Assembly: GCA_963837695.1 (NCBI GenBank)
Contig: CAWINZ010000005.1
Coordinates: forward strand, 220,155 to 284,154
Length of the DNA: 64,000 bases
Direction of reading: 5' to 3'
DNA from: an uncultured Solirubrobacterales bacterium
GTDB lineage: Bacteria > Actinomycetota > Thermoleophilia > Solirubrobacterales > 70-9
Below are positions 26,363-35,445 of the stretch, piece by piece. The translations under genes and the position numbers were made by a program. Numbering within the stretch: the stretch's first letter is position 1; each line of letters starts with the position of its first letter. Below the pieces are notes generated by a model, which did not search any database, had not been told where the DNA came from, and was given only the letters and a program-made list of their open reading frames with translations.

Positions 26363-27202
26363 TTAGGGGGCTACGAAGCTTGCCGGATCGGGGCCGATCC
26401 GCTGACCGACGTCGAGGGCGGCGATCTCGGTCATGTCCTCGTCGGTCAGCTCGAACTCGAAGAGCTCGAAGTTCTCGCGGATCCGATTCGGGGTGACCGA
26501 TTTGGGGATGACGACGTTGCCGAGCTGCAGGTGCCAGCGCAGGATCGCCTGCGCCGGCGTGCGCTCGTGGCGGCTGGCCACGGCGGCGATCGTCTCGTTG
26601 GCGAGCAGCTCCCCCTGGGCGAGCGGGCTCCAGGACTCGGTCGCGATGCCGTGCTCGCCTTGCCAGGCGCGCAGCTCAGCCTGGGGGAAGTGCGGGTGGA
26701 GCTCGATCTGGTTGACGGTCGGCAGAATCTCCGCCTCGCGCTCGAGCATCTCGAGGTCCTCGACGCGGAAGTTGGAGACGCCGATCGTGCGCGCGCCTCC
26801 CTCCTCATGGATCTTTTCGAAGGCGCGCCAGGTATCGAGGGCGCGGCCCTCGGTCGGCACCGGCCAGTGGATCAGGTAGAGGTCGACGTGGTCCGTGTCG
26901 AGCCTTTCGATGCTCTTTTCAAAGGCGCCCAGGGTCGACTCGTAGCCCTGCGCCGAGTTCCACAGCTTGGTGGTGACGAAGATCTCCTCGCGGGGAATGC
27001 CCGAAGCGGCGATCGCCGCTCCCACGCCGCGCTCGTTGCGGTAGGCAGCGGCGGTGTCGATGTGGCGATAGCCGGTCTCGAGCGCCTCCTCGACCGCGTC
27101 CTGGGTCTTCTCCGGCGGCACCTGGAAGACGCCGAAGCCAAGCTGGGGAATCTCGACCCCGTCGTGCAGCGTCACCGCGGGGACCGACGTCGCCTGGGTC
27201 AT
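26363..27202 (-). CDS. aldo/keto reductase (2,5-diketo-D-gluconate reductase-like)
   Basis: GYRHIDTAAAY, LWNS, VDLYLIHWP and IPKSV motifs. Confidence 0.9.
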   Translation of the reverse strand: MTQATSVPAVTLHDGVEIPQLGFGVFQVPPEKTQDAVEEALETGYRHIDTAAAYRNERGVGAAIAASGIPREEIFVTTKLWNSAQGYESTLGAFEKSIERLDTDHVDLYLIHWPVPTEGRALDTWRAFEKIHEEGGARTIGVSNFRVEDLEMLEREAEILPTVNQIELHPHFPQAELRAWQGEHGIATESWSPLAQGELLANETIAAVASRHERTPAQAILRWHLQLGNVVIPKSVTPNRIRENFELFEFELTDEDMTEIAALDVGQRIGPDPASFVAP

Positions 27203-27292
27203 ACGTGCCTCCGTTCCTGTCGCTTGACCGGGAAACCGCAGGGGGCAGCTACCCGACCGGGAGAACGATTACTCCTCGGCGTCGCCACACCG

Positions 27293-27466
27293 CTAGCTGG
27301 TCGCGAGGCCGATCGCCAGTAGCGGGAATCCGGCCATCAGGCCGAGGTAGCCGCCGATCGCGACGCCGGTGAGCGTCCGTGTGGTGCTCGACCTGGCGCC
27401 GGCAATAAAGCCGACCAGCAGGCAGAAGGCCGAGATACCGAGGCCGATCCAGAAGACGTCAGGCAT
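27293..27466 (-). CDS. possible 57-aa two-TM membrane protein (below the ORF-track cutoff)
   Basis: Own translation: MPDVFWIGLGISAFCLLVGFIAGARSSTTRTLTGVAIGGYLGLMAGFPLLAIGLATS. No homology support. Confidence 0.3.
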   Translation of the reverse strand: MPDVFWIGLGISAFCLLVGFIAGARSSTTRTLTGVAIGGYLGLMAGFPLLAIGLATS

Positions 27467-27493
27467 AAGCCGCGGCAGCCTATCGGAACTCGC

Positions 27494-27544
27494 CGTCGAT
27501 GGGCCTAAAACCGGCCTATATGGCCGGTTTTAGGCCCATCGACG
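27494..27544. repeat. perfect 23-bp-stem palindrome (loop tatat) in a divergent promoter region
   Basis: cgtcgatgggcctaaaaccggcc / tatat / ggccggttttaggcccatcgacg read directly. Confidence 0.85.
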
Positions 27545-27579
27545 CAGGAATCTGGGCGACTACAGCAAAACGCAGCCGT

Positions 27580-29148
27580 ATGGAGAAGACCGGCGGGGCC
27601 AACCAGAAGCTGATTCTCGCGGCGATGATCCTGGCGGTCTCGATGACCTTCATCGACCAGACGATCGTCGCGATCGCGATCCCCCAACTGCAGGGCGACC
27701 TCTCGCTCTCCTCGACCGGTGTGCAGTGGATCATCAACGGCTACCTGCTCGCGCTCTCGGCGCTGTTCGCCTTCGGCGGCCGACTCGCCGACATCGCCGG
27801 GCACCGCCACATGGTCGTGATCGGCGTCGTCATCTTTGCCGCTGCCTCGGCGATGTGCGGCGCGACGCCGGAGACCGGCGCGGCGGAGCCGTGGATCATC
27901 GTCTTCCGGATCATCCAGGGAGCCGGCGCGGCGCTGATGTTCCCGGCGGCGCTGGCGATCGTCCTTGCCGCCTTCCCGCTGCGCGAGCGCGGCCGGGCGC
28001 TGGCGATCTTCTTCGGCCTCGCCGGCGCCTTCACCTCGATCGGCCCGATCGCCGGCGGCTACCTGACCGAGTGGACCTGGCGGGCGATCTTCTGGATCAA
28101 CGTGCCGGTCGCGATCGCCTCGTTGGTGCTGATCGCGATCTCCAAGCCCGACAACGAGCGCCACCCGGCGCCGCTCGACTACCGCGGCGCGGTGCTGATC
28201 TCGGCCGGGATGGGGCTTGCCGTGCTCGGCCTGCAGCAGTCGAGCGTCTGGGGCTGGGGCAGCGCCGCCACCTGGCTGTGCATCGCCGCCGGGGCCGCCC
28301 TGCTGGTCGGCTTCGTTCTCTACGAGCTGCGGCAGAAGTTCCCGCTGATGCAGATCCGCATCTTCGCCAACCGCGCCTTCGCCGTGGACAACGCGATCCT
28401 CTTCCTCTTGATGATCCCCTTCGTCCCCTTGTTCTTCTTCGCCAGCATGTACGCGCAGATCTCGCTCGGCGAAAGCGCCTCGGAAACCGGCCTCTACCTG
28501 CTGATCTTCTTCGCCGGCTTCTTCGTCGCCACCCAACGGGGCGGCAAGATCCTCGACGAGCGAGGCGCGCGGGCGACGGTCGTCTCTGGCTGCTTCGTCG
28601 CCGCCGGCGGCTTCGCCCTCTGGGCGCACTCGCTGCCCGACCTCTCGGTCAGCGCGCAATGGCCCTTCATCGTCATCGCCGGCATCGGCGTCGGCCTGGT
28701 CCTCAGCCCGACCAACACCGACGCGCTCAACCGGGTGGCGCGCGACCGCTACGGCGAGGCGACCGGGATCACGCAGACGGTCCGCAACTTCGGTTCCAGC
28801 CTCGGCCTCGCGGTGCTCGGCACGGTGCTGATCCTCGAGAACAAGGCGAACCTGGAGTCGACCCTGAGCTCCCAGGGCATACCCAAGGCGCAGGCGGACC
28901 AGATCGCCGACTCGGTGACCCAGGGCGGTGGCGGCAGCGAAGCCACCCTGGCCGAACACGCCGGCGCACACGCGCAGACGATCCTCGCCGCGGTCCAGCA
29001 CGACTTCGCCCTCGCCTCGCGCACTGTCTTCTACGCGATGGCCGGCGTCATGGCGGTCGCCTTCCTGGTCGCGCTGAAGTGGATGCCGTCGGGCAAGGCG
29101 CCCGATCTGGACGAGGACGGCGCGGGCGAGCTCGGCGACCCGCGCTGA
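27580..29148 (+). CDS. MFS transporter, DHA2 (EmrB/QacA-like) family
   Basis: ORF trimmed to MEKTGGANQ, because the upstream part lies inside the palindrome. MTFIDQTIVAIAIPQLQ and GGRLADIAGHR motifs. Confidence 0.85.
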   Translation: MEKTGGANQKLILAAMILAVSMTFIDQTIVAIAIPQLQGDLSLSSTGVQWIINGYLLALSALFAFGGRLADIAGHRHMVVIGVVIFAAASAMCGATPETGAAEPWIIVFRIIQGAGAALMFPAALAIVLAAFPLRERGRALAIFFGLAGAFTSIGPIAGGYLTEWTWRAIFWINVPVAIASLVLIAISKPDNERHPAPLDYRGAVLISAGMGLAVLGLQQSSVWGWGSAATWLCIAAGAALLVGFVLYELRQKFPLMQIRIFANRAFAVDNAILFLLMIPFVPLFFFASMYAQISLGESASETGLYLLIFFAGFFVATQRGGKILDERGARATVVSGCFVAAGGFALWAHSLPDLSVSAQWPFIVIAGIGVGLVLSPTNTDALNRVARDRYGEATGITQTVRNFGSSLGLAVLGTVLILENKANLESTLSSQGIPKAQADQIADSVTQGGGGSEATLAEHAGAHAQTILAAVQHDFALASRTVFYAMAGVMAVAFLVALKWMPSGKAPDLDEDGAGELGDPR

Positions 29149-29832
29149 TCAGCCGAGCGGCTTGATGCGAAAACCGGGGCCGCTCGCGCTGCGCAGGAAG
29201 CTCGCGGTCTGCGGCTCCAGCAGCCACGGCGGCGGCAGGCGGTCGCCGGGGCTTTCGAGGAAGCGGACGAGCAGGGCCTCAGCCTGGGCGCAGGTGAGCC
29301 CGTTGCGCTGCAGGAGGACGATCCAGTAGTCGCCCTTGGCCACCGGCAGCGGCCCGATGCGGTCGTTGTGCAGGACGCGGAACGGAGCCGGGCAGAAGTT
29401 GCCGCCGAGCGGGTGCCGGCCGCCGCCACCGCTTTCTTCTTCTTCATTGCCGCCTCCCCCGCCGGCACTCACCCGGGCGACGTGGAAGCCGACTCCGGGG
29501 GCACGCAAGAAAGTCGAGTTGGCGGCGCCGACCCGCCAGCCGCCCGGCAGGATCCCGTCGTAGTCCTCGAGGAAGCGCGTGAAGAGGGCCGCGGCCTGTG
29601 CGCAGCCTGGTCGGCCCGAGGCGAGGATCGTCAGCCGGTAGTTGCCGCGCGGCAGCGAGAGGCGGCCGACGTGGTCGTCGTGGAGGACCCGGAAAGTGCC
29701 GGCGCAGCGCATCCGGGCGGCGTCGGCGCGGCCGGGCGAGGCCATCGCGACGAGCAGGGCAGCCGTCGCGCAAATCGAGACGACAGCCGCGAGACGCGGC
29801 CACCGCGGGTGCGGCGGGTTGCGGACGAGCAC
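29149..29832 (-). CDS. secreted protein with two tandem copies of an unknown ~85-aa two-Cys domain
   Basis: Signal peptide. CAGTFRVLHDDHVGRLSLPRGNYRLTIL...C.QA..LF.RFLE is repeated as CPAPFRVLHNDRIGPLPVAKGDYWIVLL...C.QA..LLVRFLE. The copies are joined by a GGGGGNEEEESGGGG linker. Confidence 0.6.
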   Translation of the reverse strand: MLVRNPPHPRWPRLAAVVSICATAALLVAMASPGRADAARMRCAGTFRVLHDDHVGRLSLPRGNYRLTILASGRPGCAQAAALFTRFLEDYDGILPGGWRVGAANSTFLRAPGVGFHVARVSAGGGGGNEEEESGGGGRHPLGGNFCPAPFRVLHNDRIGPLPVAKGDYWIVLLQRNGLTCAQAEALLVRFLESPGDRLPPPWLLEPQTASFLRSASGPGFRIKPLG

Positions 29833-29926
29833 GAGCCCATCCTATCCGGCGGTTCACCGGCGCGGTCGACATTTGGACCGCATAGCGACTCAAACGTCGA
29901 CCGCGCCGGTGGTACTTTGAGCGGCA

Positions 29927-31885
29927 ATGGGTCGCCGGACGGCACTTGCATGCGCGACGATCACGCTGCTTTGCCTGATGCCACCCGGCGTCGCCGTGGC
30001 CGAGGCGAGCGGGGGTCAATCGGCCGCCCAGCGCCTGATCGAGGCCTACGTGCCGCGCCTGATGCTGCGCGACCGCGCCGAAATCTGTGACACCAGCGGC
30101 GAGCAGTACGAGCCGACCACGGTCGACACGGTTCTCGGCAACCCGCGGGTGACGCTGACCGAAGCCGACTCCAGCGGCGCCGAAACGCTGGTCAAGCGCG
30201 CGCCGACGGCCGCCGACATCGCCGGGCTCGGCGAAGGGTTCCACCTCAACCTGCCGGGGGACCCGCTCGGCGACACCTGCGAGTACGCCAGGGACTTCGC
30301 CAAGCTGAAACGGGAAGGCAAGGCCCCCGCGGTCACCTACGCCCACATCGCCCGGCAGAAGGGACGCCCGGGGCTCGCCGTCCAGTACTGGTTCTTCTGG
30401 TACTTCAACCAGTTCAACGACCTGCACGAGGGCGACTGGGAGGGGATGCAGGTCGTCTTCGAAGCGTCCGACCCGGCCCAGGCGCTGCGCGAAGGCCCCA
30501 GCGAAGTCGGCCTCTTCCAACACGGCGGCGGCGAGCGGGCCGACTGGGGCGACGGCAAGGTCGAGAAGGAAGGCACCCACCCGGTCGTCTACCCGGCGGC
30601 GGGCTCGCACGCGACCTTCTACGAACCGGCGGTCTACATCCAGAACGGCCGCAAGGGGTCCGGTGTCGGCTGCGACGACACCAGCGCGCCGCTGCACCGC
30701 CTAGTCGTCCACCCGATCCAGGTGCCGACCCATCCCAGCCGGCATGGCCGCTTCGCCTGGCTTACCTACGGAGGCCGCTGGGGCCAGTGGGAGAAGAGCT
30801 TCAACAACGGGCCGACCGGGGCGCAGACGAAGACGCGCTGGCTGGCCCCGATGACCTGGATGGAAGAAATCCGCTCGACCAGCCCGCACCTACCGGCCGG
30901 CGCCGTGCTCGGTCCGACGGTGACCAAGTCCTTCTGCGGCGCCGTCGCCTCGGTCACCTCCTTCCTCAACCACACCCAGGACTCGCCCTGGGTGCTGGCG
31001 CTCGTGCCGATCGTGGCGCTGCTGCTGATCGGGCTGATCGCCTGGCGCACGCGCTGGTGGCCGCTCCACCTCGGCGAGCTGCGCCGCAGCCGCGCCTTCG
31101 GCCAGCTGCTGCTCGCCTCGGCCGGCCTCTACTGGCGCCACTGGCGCGTCTTCGCGCCGATCGGACTGACCGCGATCCCGATCATCGGCGGCTTCGACCT
31201 CTTGACCAGGCTGCTCACCGGCGACGCCGGCCGGCGGCTCGACGACAAGGTCGGGCACTCCGGTCTGCACAGCGCCCTCGGTGACATCCTCAGTGGGGTC
31301 GGCGGCCCGATCGCCTCGGCGATCATCGCGGCCGTGGTGATCGCCGCCGTGCGACAGATCGCGGAGACGGGCGAGGCCAGCTTCGTCGCCTCCTTCCGCG
31401 GTATGTGGCAGCGCTTCCGGCGCGTCGTCGGCGCCCAACTGCTGGCGACCCTGGGGGTGATCGCGATGGCGATCACGATCGTCGGCCTGCCCTTCGCCGC
31501 CTGGAAGTACGTCGGCTGGCTCTTCCTCCAGCAGCAGATCCTCTTCGAGGACAAGACGGTGCGAGGGGCCTTCCGCGGCAGCTCGGAGCTGGTCCGCGGG
31601 CGCTGGTGGTACACGCTGCGCGTCGCCGCCGTCTTCTGGCTGATCGGCATCGTCACCGGGCCGATGCTCGGCTTCGCGCTGATCTTCGCCGACATCTCGC
31701 TGATCCTGATCAACGCGATCGGCGCCCTCGTCTTCGCCCTGCTCGTCCCCTACATCGCGATCGGCCGCACCCTGCTCTATTTCGACCTCGAGGCCGAGGC
31801 CGAAGAGGCGCCGGCGAAGCGCTGGCGCGAACGGCTGCCGCGCCGCAGGCCGGGAGGCGCGGCGGCGCCAGAGCCCGCGCGGTAG
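29927..31885 (+). CDS. membrane protein with N-terminal Vps62/DUF946-like domain and C-terminal multi-TM region
   Basis: Signal peptide. VQYWFFWYFNQFNDLHEGDWEG matches the YWFFY..N....H.GDWE signature. The C-terminal ~300 aa contain several hydrophobic helices. Confidence 0.6.
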   Translation: MGRRTALACATITLLCLMPPGVAVAEASGGQSAAQRLIEAYVPRLMLRDRAEICDTSGEQYEPTTVDTVLGNPRVTLTEADSSGAETLVKRAPTAADIAGLGEGFHLNLPGDPLGDTCEYARDFAKLKREGKAPAVTYAHIARQKGRPGLAVQYWFFWYFNQFNDLHEGDWEGMQVVFEASDPAQALREGPSEVGLFQHGGGERADWGDGKVEKEGTHPVVYPAAGSHATFYEPAVYIQNGRKGSGVGCDDTSAPLHRLVVHPIQVPTHPSRHGRFAWLTYGGRWGQWEKSFNNGPTGAQTKTRWLAPMTWMEEIRSTSPHLPAGAVLGPTVTKSFCGAVASVTSFLNHTQDSPWVLALVPIVALLLIGLIAWRTRWWPLHLGELRRSRAFGQLLLASAGLYWRHWRVFAPIGLTAIPIIGGFDLLTRLLTGDAGRRLDDKVGHSGLHSALGDILSGVGGPIASAIIAAVVIAAVRQIAETGEASFVASFRGMWQRFRRVVGAQLLATLGVIAMAITIVGLPFAAWKYVGWLFLQQQILFEDKTVRGAFRGSSELVRGRWWYTLRVAAVFWLIGIVTGPMLGFALIFADISLILINAIGALVFALLVPYIAIGRTLLYFDLEAEAEEAPAKRWRERLPRRRPGGAAAPEPAR

Positions 31886-31896
31886 CTTTCGCAAGC

Positions 31897-32493
31897 GTGA
31901 AGCTGCTCGCCTTCAGCGACCTGCACCGCGACCTCGGCCAGGCAGCGACGCTGGTCGAGATGTCGGCCGAGGCCGATGTCGTGATCGGGGCCGGCGACTT
32001 CGCCTCGGTGCACGAGGGTCTGGCCGAGACGATCGACGCCCTGGCGGCGATCGAGACGCCGACCGTGCTCGTCCCCGGTAACAACGAGACCGAGGAGGCG
32101 CTGCGCGAGGCGGCCTCCGGATGGAGCTCCGCGACCGTGCTGCACGGCGGCGCGACGACGATCGACGGGATCGAGTTCTATGGCCTCGGCGCCGGCATCC
32201 CGGTAACGCCCTGGGACTGGAGCTTCGACCTCGACGACGAAGCCGCCGCCGAGATGCTCGCCCCCTGCCCGCAGGGCGCGGTCCTCGTCCTCCACTCCCC
32301 ACCCCAAGGCCACTGCGACGAGGCCGGCGGGGGCAACCACTTCGGCAGCCCCGCCCTGCTCGCGGCAATCGAAGCGAAGCGTCCCCGCCTCGCCGTCTGC
32401 GGCCACATCCACGAGTCCTGGGGCTGCCAGAGCAAGATCGGCGCGACTCCCGTCCGCAACCTGGGCCCGGGCGGCACCTGGCTCGAGGCCTGA
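31897..32493 (+). CDS. metallophosphoesterase
   Basis: GTG start at 31897. LAFSDLH, GAGDF, GNNE and CGHIH metal-ligand motifs. Confidence 0.75.
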   Translation: MKLLAFSDLHRDLGQAATLVEMSAEADVVIGAGDFASVHEGLAETIDALAAIETPTVLVPGNNETEEALREAASGWSSATVLHGGATTIDGIEFYGLGAGIPVTPWDWSFDLDDEAAAEMLAPCPQGAVLVLHSPPQGHCDEAGGGNHFGSPALLAAIEAKRPRLAVCGHIHESWGCQSKIGATPVRNLGPGGTWLEA

Positions 32494-32506
32494 GAGGCGA
32501 GAAGAC

Positions 32507-33199
32507 ATGGATGCAGGGGTGATCGTTGCGCTGATCACGGCTCTGACGAGCCTCGGGCTCGCCGGCGTGAACATCTACTGGTCGTGGAAGCAAAGGAACC
32601 AGGAGCGCCGAATCAAAGCCAAGGGCGAGCTGGCCCGCTACCGGAAGCCGCTGCTCGAGGCGGCCGCCGACCTCGGCGCGCGGATCGACAACATCCAGCA
32701 CAACAACTTCGACTCCTACTTCCAACCAGACGACCGCCGTGAGATAGCCGTCAAAAGCACCCTCTACCGCTTCGCCCGCTACTTCGCGACCCTCGAGATC
32801 CTGCGGTCCCAGCTGACCTTCCTGGAGTTTGAGAGCGCCAGCGAGACCAAGAAGGTGGCAGCCCAGATAGTCAAGATCGAGGGCGCGTTGACGTCCGACA
32901 AACTTGACGGGTTCATGCTCTGGCGGGAGGAGCAGCGAGCAATCGGCGAGGCGACCCTCGATCGAGACAAAGAAGGGCTCGTCCGCTGCATCGGCTTCGC
33001 GACCTTCGTCAACGAATTCGACCGGCGCGAGCGCAAATGGTTCGAGCGCTTCCAGGTCGAATTGGAAAAAGCCGGCGCCGCGGCAGGCAGCAAACGCCTG
33101 AAACGAGTGCAGTCCCACCTCCAAGCCCTGGTCCAGCAGCTGGACGAGGAGGAGCGCTACAAGCATTCCGATCAGCCACCCATCTGGCTGAGTCGTTAG
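32507..33199 (+). CDS. hypothetical N-terminally membrane-anchored helical protein (lower GC), last gene before the att array
   Basis: 230-aa ORF with TM helix VIVALITALTSLGLAGVNIYW followed by a charged helical region. Confidence 0.55.
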   Translation: MDAGVIVALITALTSLGLAGVNIYWSWKQRNQERRIKAKGELARYRKPLLEAAADLGARIDNIQHNNFDSYFQPDDRREIAVKSTLYRFARYFATLEILRSQLTFLEFESASETKKVAAQIVKIEGALTSDKLDGFMLWREEQRAIGEATLDRDKEGLVRCIGFATFVNEFDRRERKWFERFQVELEKAGAAAGSKRLKRVQSHLQALVQQLDEEERYKHSDQPPIWLSR

Positions 33200-33218
33200 G
33201 CACTTCTCAAAGACCCAA

Positions 33219-33259
33219 CGCGCCCGACAGGATTCGAACCTGTGACCTTCGGTTTCGTA
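33219..33259 (-). repeat. att repeat R1: copy of the tRNA-Arg 3' half (outermost junction)
   Basis: cgcgcccgacaggattcgaacctgtgaccttcggtttcgta is identical to 51382..51422 of the intact tRNA. Confidence 0.85.
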
Positions 33260-33389
33260 ACCCGAGACGGTGGATCGGCTGGGCTACGTGGAGCCCGGTT
33301 TCAAGCGGTTTCCGGCGAATCGAGTCCCGCTGGGATCGGCTGGAATCTGTGGGGCATGTTGCCCCATTTGTTGCCCCAGGGATGGAGAC

Positions 33390-34067
33390 TCAAGCAACGA
33401 GGGCAATCACTATGCCGGCGATTCCGACGAGGCCACCAATTGCTCCGATGATGATGCCCAGGCGGTTGCGTCGGTAGTCCTCGGCGGCGCCAACTGCCTC
33501 GCGAAGCTTGCGACTCAGCTCGTCGGCTTTGTCAGAGGCGGTTCGCAGACATTCGGCGCCATAGATCCAATCGCTCCACTTATGAGCCGTCTTTCGCGTC
33601 CGACCTTCCTCCATCCAGAAGCGCACCTCACGCTCAAGTTCCTGGATCTCCTCGGCGCTGGCAACGGAGGGCAACTTGCCGTGGTCAACGAGGCGGGCGG
33701 CGTTTGCGTAGTAGCGATCCCAGATGCCGTCCTTCTTCAGCTTGCCGAGGCGTGCCTTGGCAACGACCTCGAAGGACTCCATCATCGTTCGACGCAGATG
33801 ATCCTCGAAATTGGTGAGCTGGTCGCGCTGCTCCTCGTTAGAGAGATCCGGAGCGCTCTCGGCAAGGCGCGCGAGATGCGAGAGAGCCTCGGTGAGGTTG
33901 TTGCGGCCGATCCGGTTGTAGATGCGGGCATGCTCCTCGGCATAGCGATGTGCCTCCATCACCGTGAGGATGCGCGTGGAGAGAACCTCGAACATGCGCT
34001 CGACCTGCTCGCGGTAGACACCGGCGATCCGCTCGTCGGCGCTCGTCGGGGTAGAGGGGTTCTGCAC
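33390..34067 (-). CDS. hypothetical protein with C-terminal TM anchor
   Basis: 225-aa ORF, helical and charged, ending RLGIIIGAIGGLVGIAGIVIALVA. Confidence 0.55.
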   Translation of the reverse strand: MQNPSTPTSADERIAGVYREQVERMFEVLSTRILTVMEAHRYAEEHARIYNRIGRNNLTEALSHLARLAESAPDLSNEEQRDQLTNFEDHLRRTMMESFEVVAKARLGKLKKDGIWDRYYANAARLVDHGKLPSVASAEEIQELEREVRFWMEEGRTRKTAHKWSDWIYGAECLRTASDKADELSRKLREAVGAAEDYRRNRLGIIIGAIGGLVGIAGIVIALVA

Positions 34068-34097
34068 CGCTAACCGCCTAAGCCTGCCGAGAACTGG

Positions 34098-34388
34098 CTA
34101 GCAGCGAGTTGGGATCGGCGGTTTGGCGGGCGGACGGTAGCCCTCGGGTAGAGGCGGCAGCTCCTTGAGCAGTTCGTCCCCAAGTGCCGCGAGCTCAAGC
34201 AGCTCGCTCTCCGTGTAGGAGTCGAGCACCGAACCCACCTCGCCGCCCATCTCAGAGCCGGGACCCTCGGGCAGATCGATCAACTCCGGAAGATCCTCCA
34301 GTGCAGTAAGCGAGACTTCCTCAGCCGAGATCCCCAGGCGAGTCGATGCCCAGGAATGAAAGAACGTGTCGTCGCGCGAAGAAGTCAT
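34098..34388 (-). CDS. hypothetical acidic protein
   Basis: ORF 34098..34517 trimmed to MTSSRDD, which is preceded by a GGGAGGG Shine-Dalgarno-like sequence. Confidence 0.4.
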   Translation of the reverse strand: MTSSRDDTFFHSWASTRLGISAEEVSLTALEDLPELIDLPEGPGSEMGGEVGSVLDSYTESELLELAALGDELLKELPPLPEGYRPPAKPPIPTRC

Positions 34389-34679
34389 CGAAGGAGAGCC
34401 CTCCCGCTCCTCATGGGAAGAAGCGAAGCTCGGCCTGGTAGCGAGGAAGCGACAGGGGACGAACAAGGACGGCGTCCGTAGGTCCCATAGCGGAAGCGTA
34501 CCCACTTCGCATCGCATTCATGCTCTTCAACCCATCGGACGGAAATCCTTCGGCACGCATGGTCTCACCCCCCAAGCCTTCGATTGCTCGGCAGACTTAT
34601 ATCGCCTGGCGGCGAAGGGAGTCGCCTCCCACACCGGGGAACGTCGCTGCCGCCGTTACGACCCCTGGCTGGAGTGCGC

Positions 34680-35204
34680 TCACGCATCGCCCACGGTTAG
34701 CTCGGGAAGCATCTTTGAGAGAAAGTCCTCAGCGGACTTGCGAATGCGTAGATCTCCAGCTCTGAGGCAGTCGAGGACTGCCAGGATTTCACCGAGTTGG
34801 GGCCATCCCTCGACCGCCTCCGGCGCCGCAGTATGCAACGGCTCGATTGCCTGCCCCCGGACCTCCCCATGGGCGTAGGGCCAGACCGGAGGCGGCTCGT
34901 CGCCTGAGGAGCGGATCGCGCCCGCCATCGGCTCCGCCGCCCATGCCGCAGGCACGCCCGGCGTCAGTGCACCGAGCCGAGCAGGAGCAGCAAAGCGAAG
35001 TGCATGAAGCGCGAACTCCTCGAAGTGAGGGAGATGGACTTCGCGACCGTCTACTGAATACAGATCCACGCCCTTCGCTCGCTCCAGCGCACGCTGTACG
35101 ACCGGGTGCGGAACACGGAGACGCTCCGCAAGCGACCTGTAGCTCCAAGCCTCATCGTGGGCGAGCAATCCGCCGAGGACATAGATGTCGGAATTCTTGA
35201 TCAC
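34680..35204 (-). CDS. hypothetical protein with N-terminal winged-helix-like segment
   Basis: 174-aa ORF. SYRSLAERLRVPHPVVQRALERA looks like a wHTH recognition region. Confidence 0.45.
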   Translation of the reverse strand: MIKNSDIYVLGGLLAHDEAWSYRSLAERLRVPHPVVQRALERAKGVDLYSVDGREVHLPHFEEFALHALRFAAPARLGALTPGVPAAWAAEPMAGAIRSSGDEPPPVWPYAHGEVRGQAIEPLHTAAPEAVEGWPQLGEILAVLDCLRAGDLRIRKSAEDFLSKMLPELTVGDA

Positions 35205-35445
35205 GATGGCGAAGGGTATCGAGTATCAATACACGATACAATCGAATGCGGAGCGGATGGCTATTCGAACCCCTGATCGTCCGCCACGTGGCGGGGCGCA
35301 CACTCGGTGCCCGGCCCGTTTAGCTGCCCGATCTGGATCGACTCGTCGTCCCAACCCCAAACCGAGAAACCAGCCGCCGCGAGTTCGTCAAGGACCGCAT
35401 CGAGCCTTGCCTTCGCCTCTGCGATGTCCATCGGTCCAGCCCCCG

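Noticed and set aside
27505-29001. 498-aa minus-strand ORF, and 27726..29165
   Set aside because: They are shadow frames of the MFS transporter gene.
33219-33300. tRNA-like sequences at 33219, 36143, 41691 and 42788 as additional tRNA-Arg genes
   Set aside because: Only the 3' half matches. The 5' halves are diverged (ggctgggctacgtggagcc against ctgagctacgggcgc) and cannot pair with the acceptor 3' strand. They are att remnants.
35261-35431. 56-aa ORF downstream of the MNT pseudogene as the missing HEPN toxin
   Set aside because: My translation (MDIAEAKARLDAVLDELAAAGFSVWGWDDES...) shows no Rx4-6H HEPN motif and is too short. It was left unannotated.
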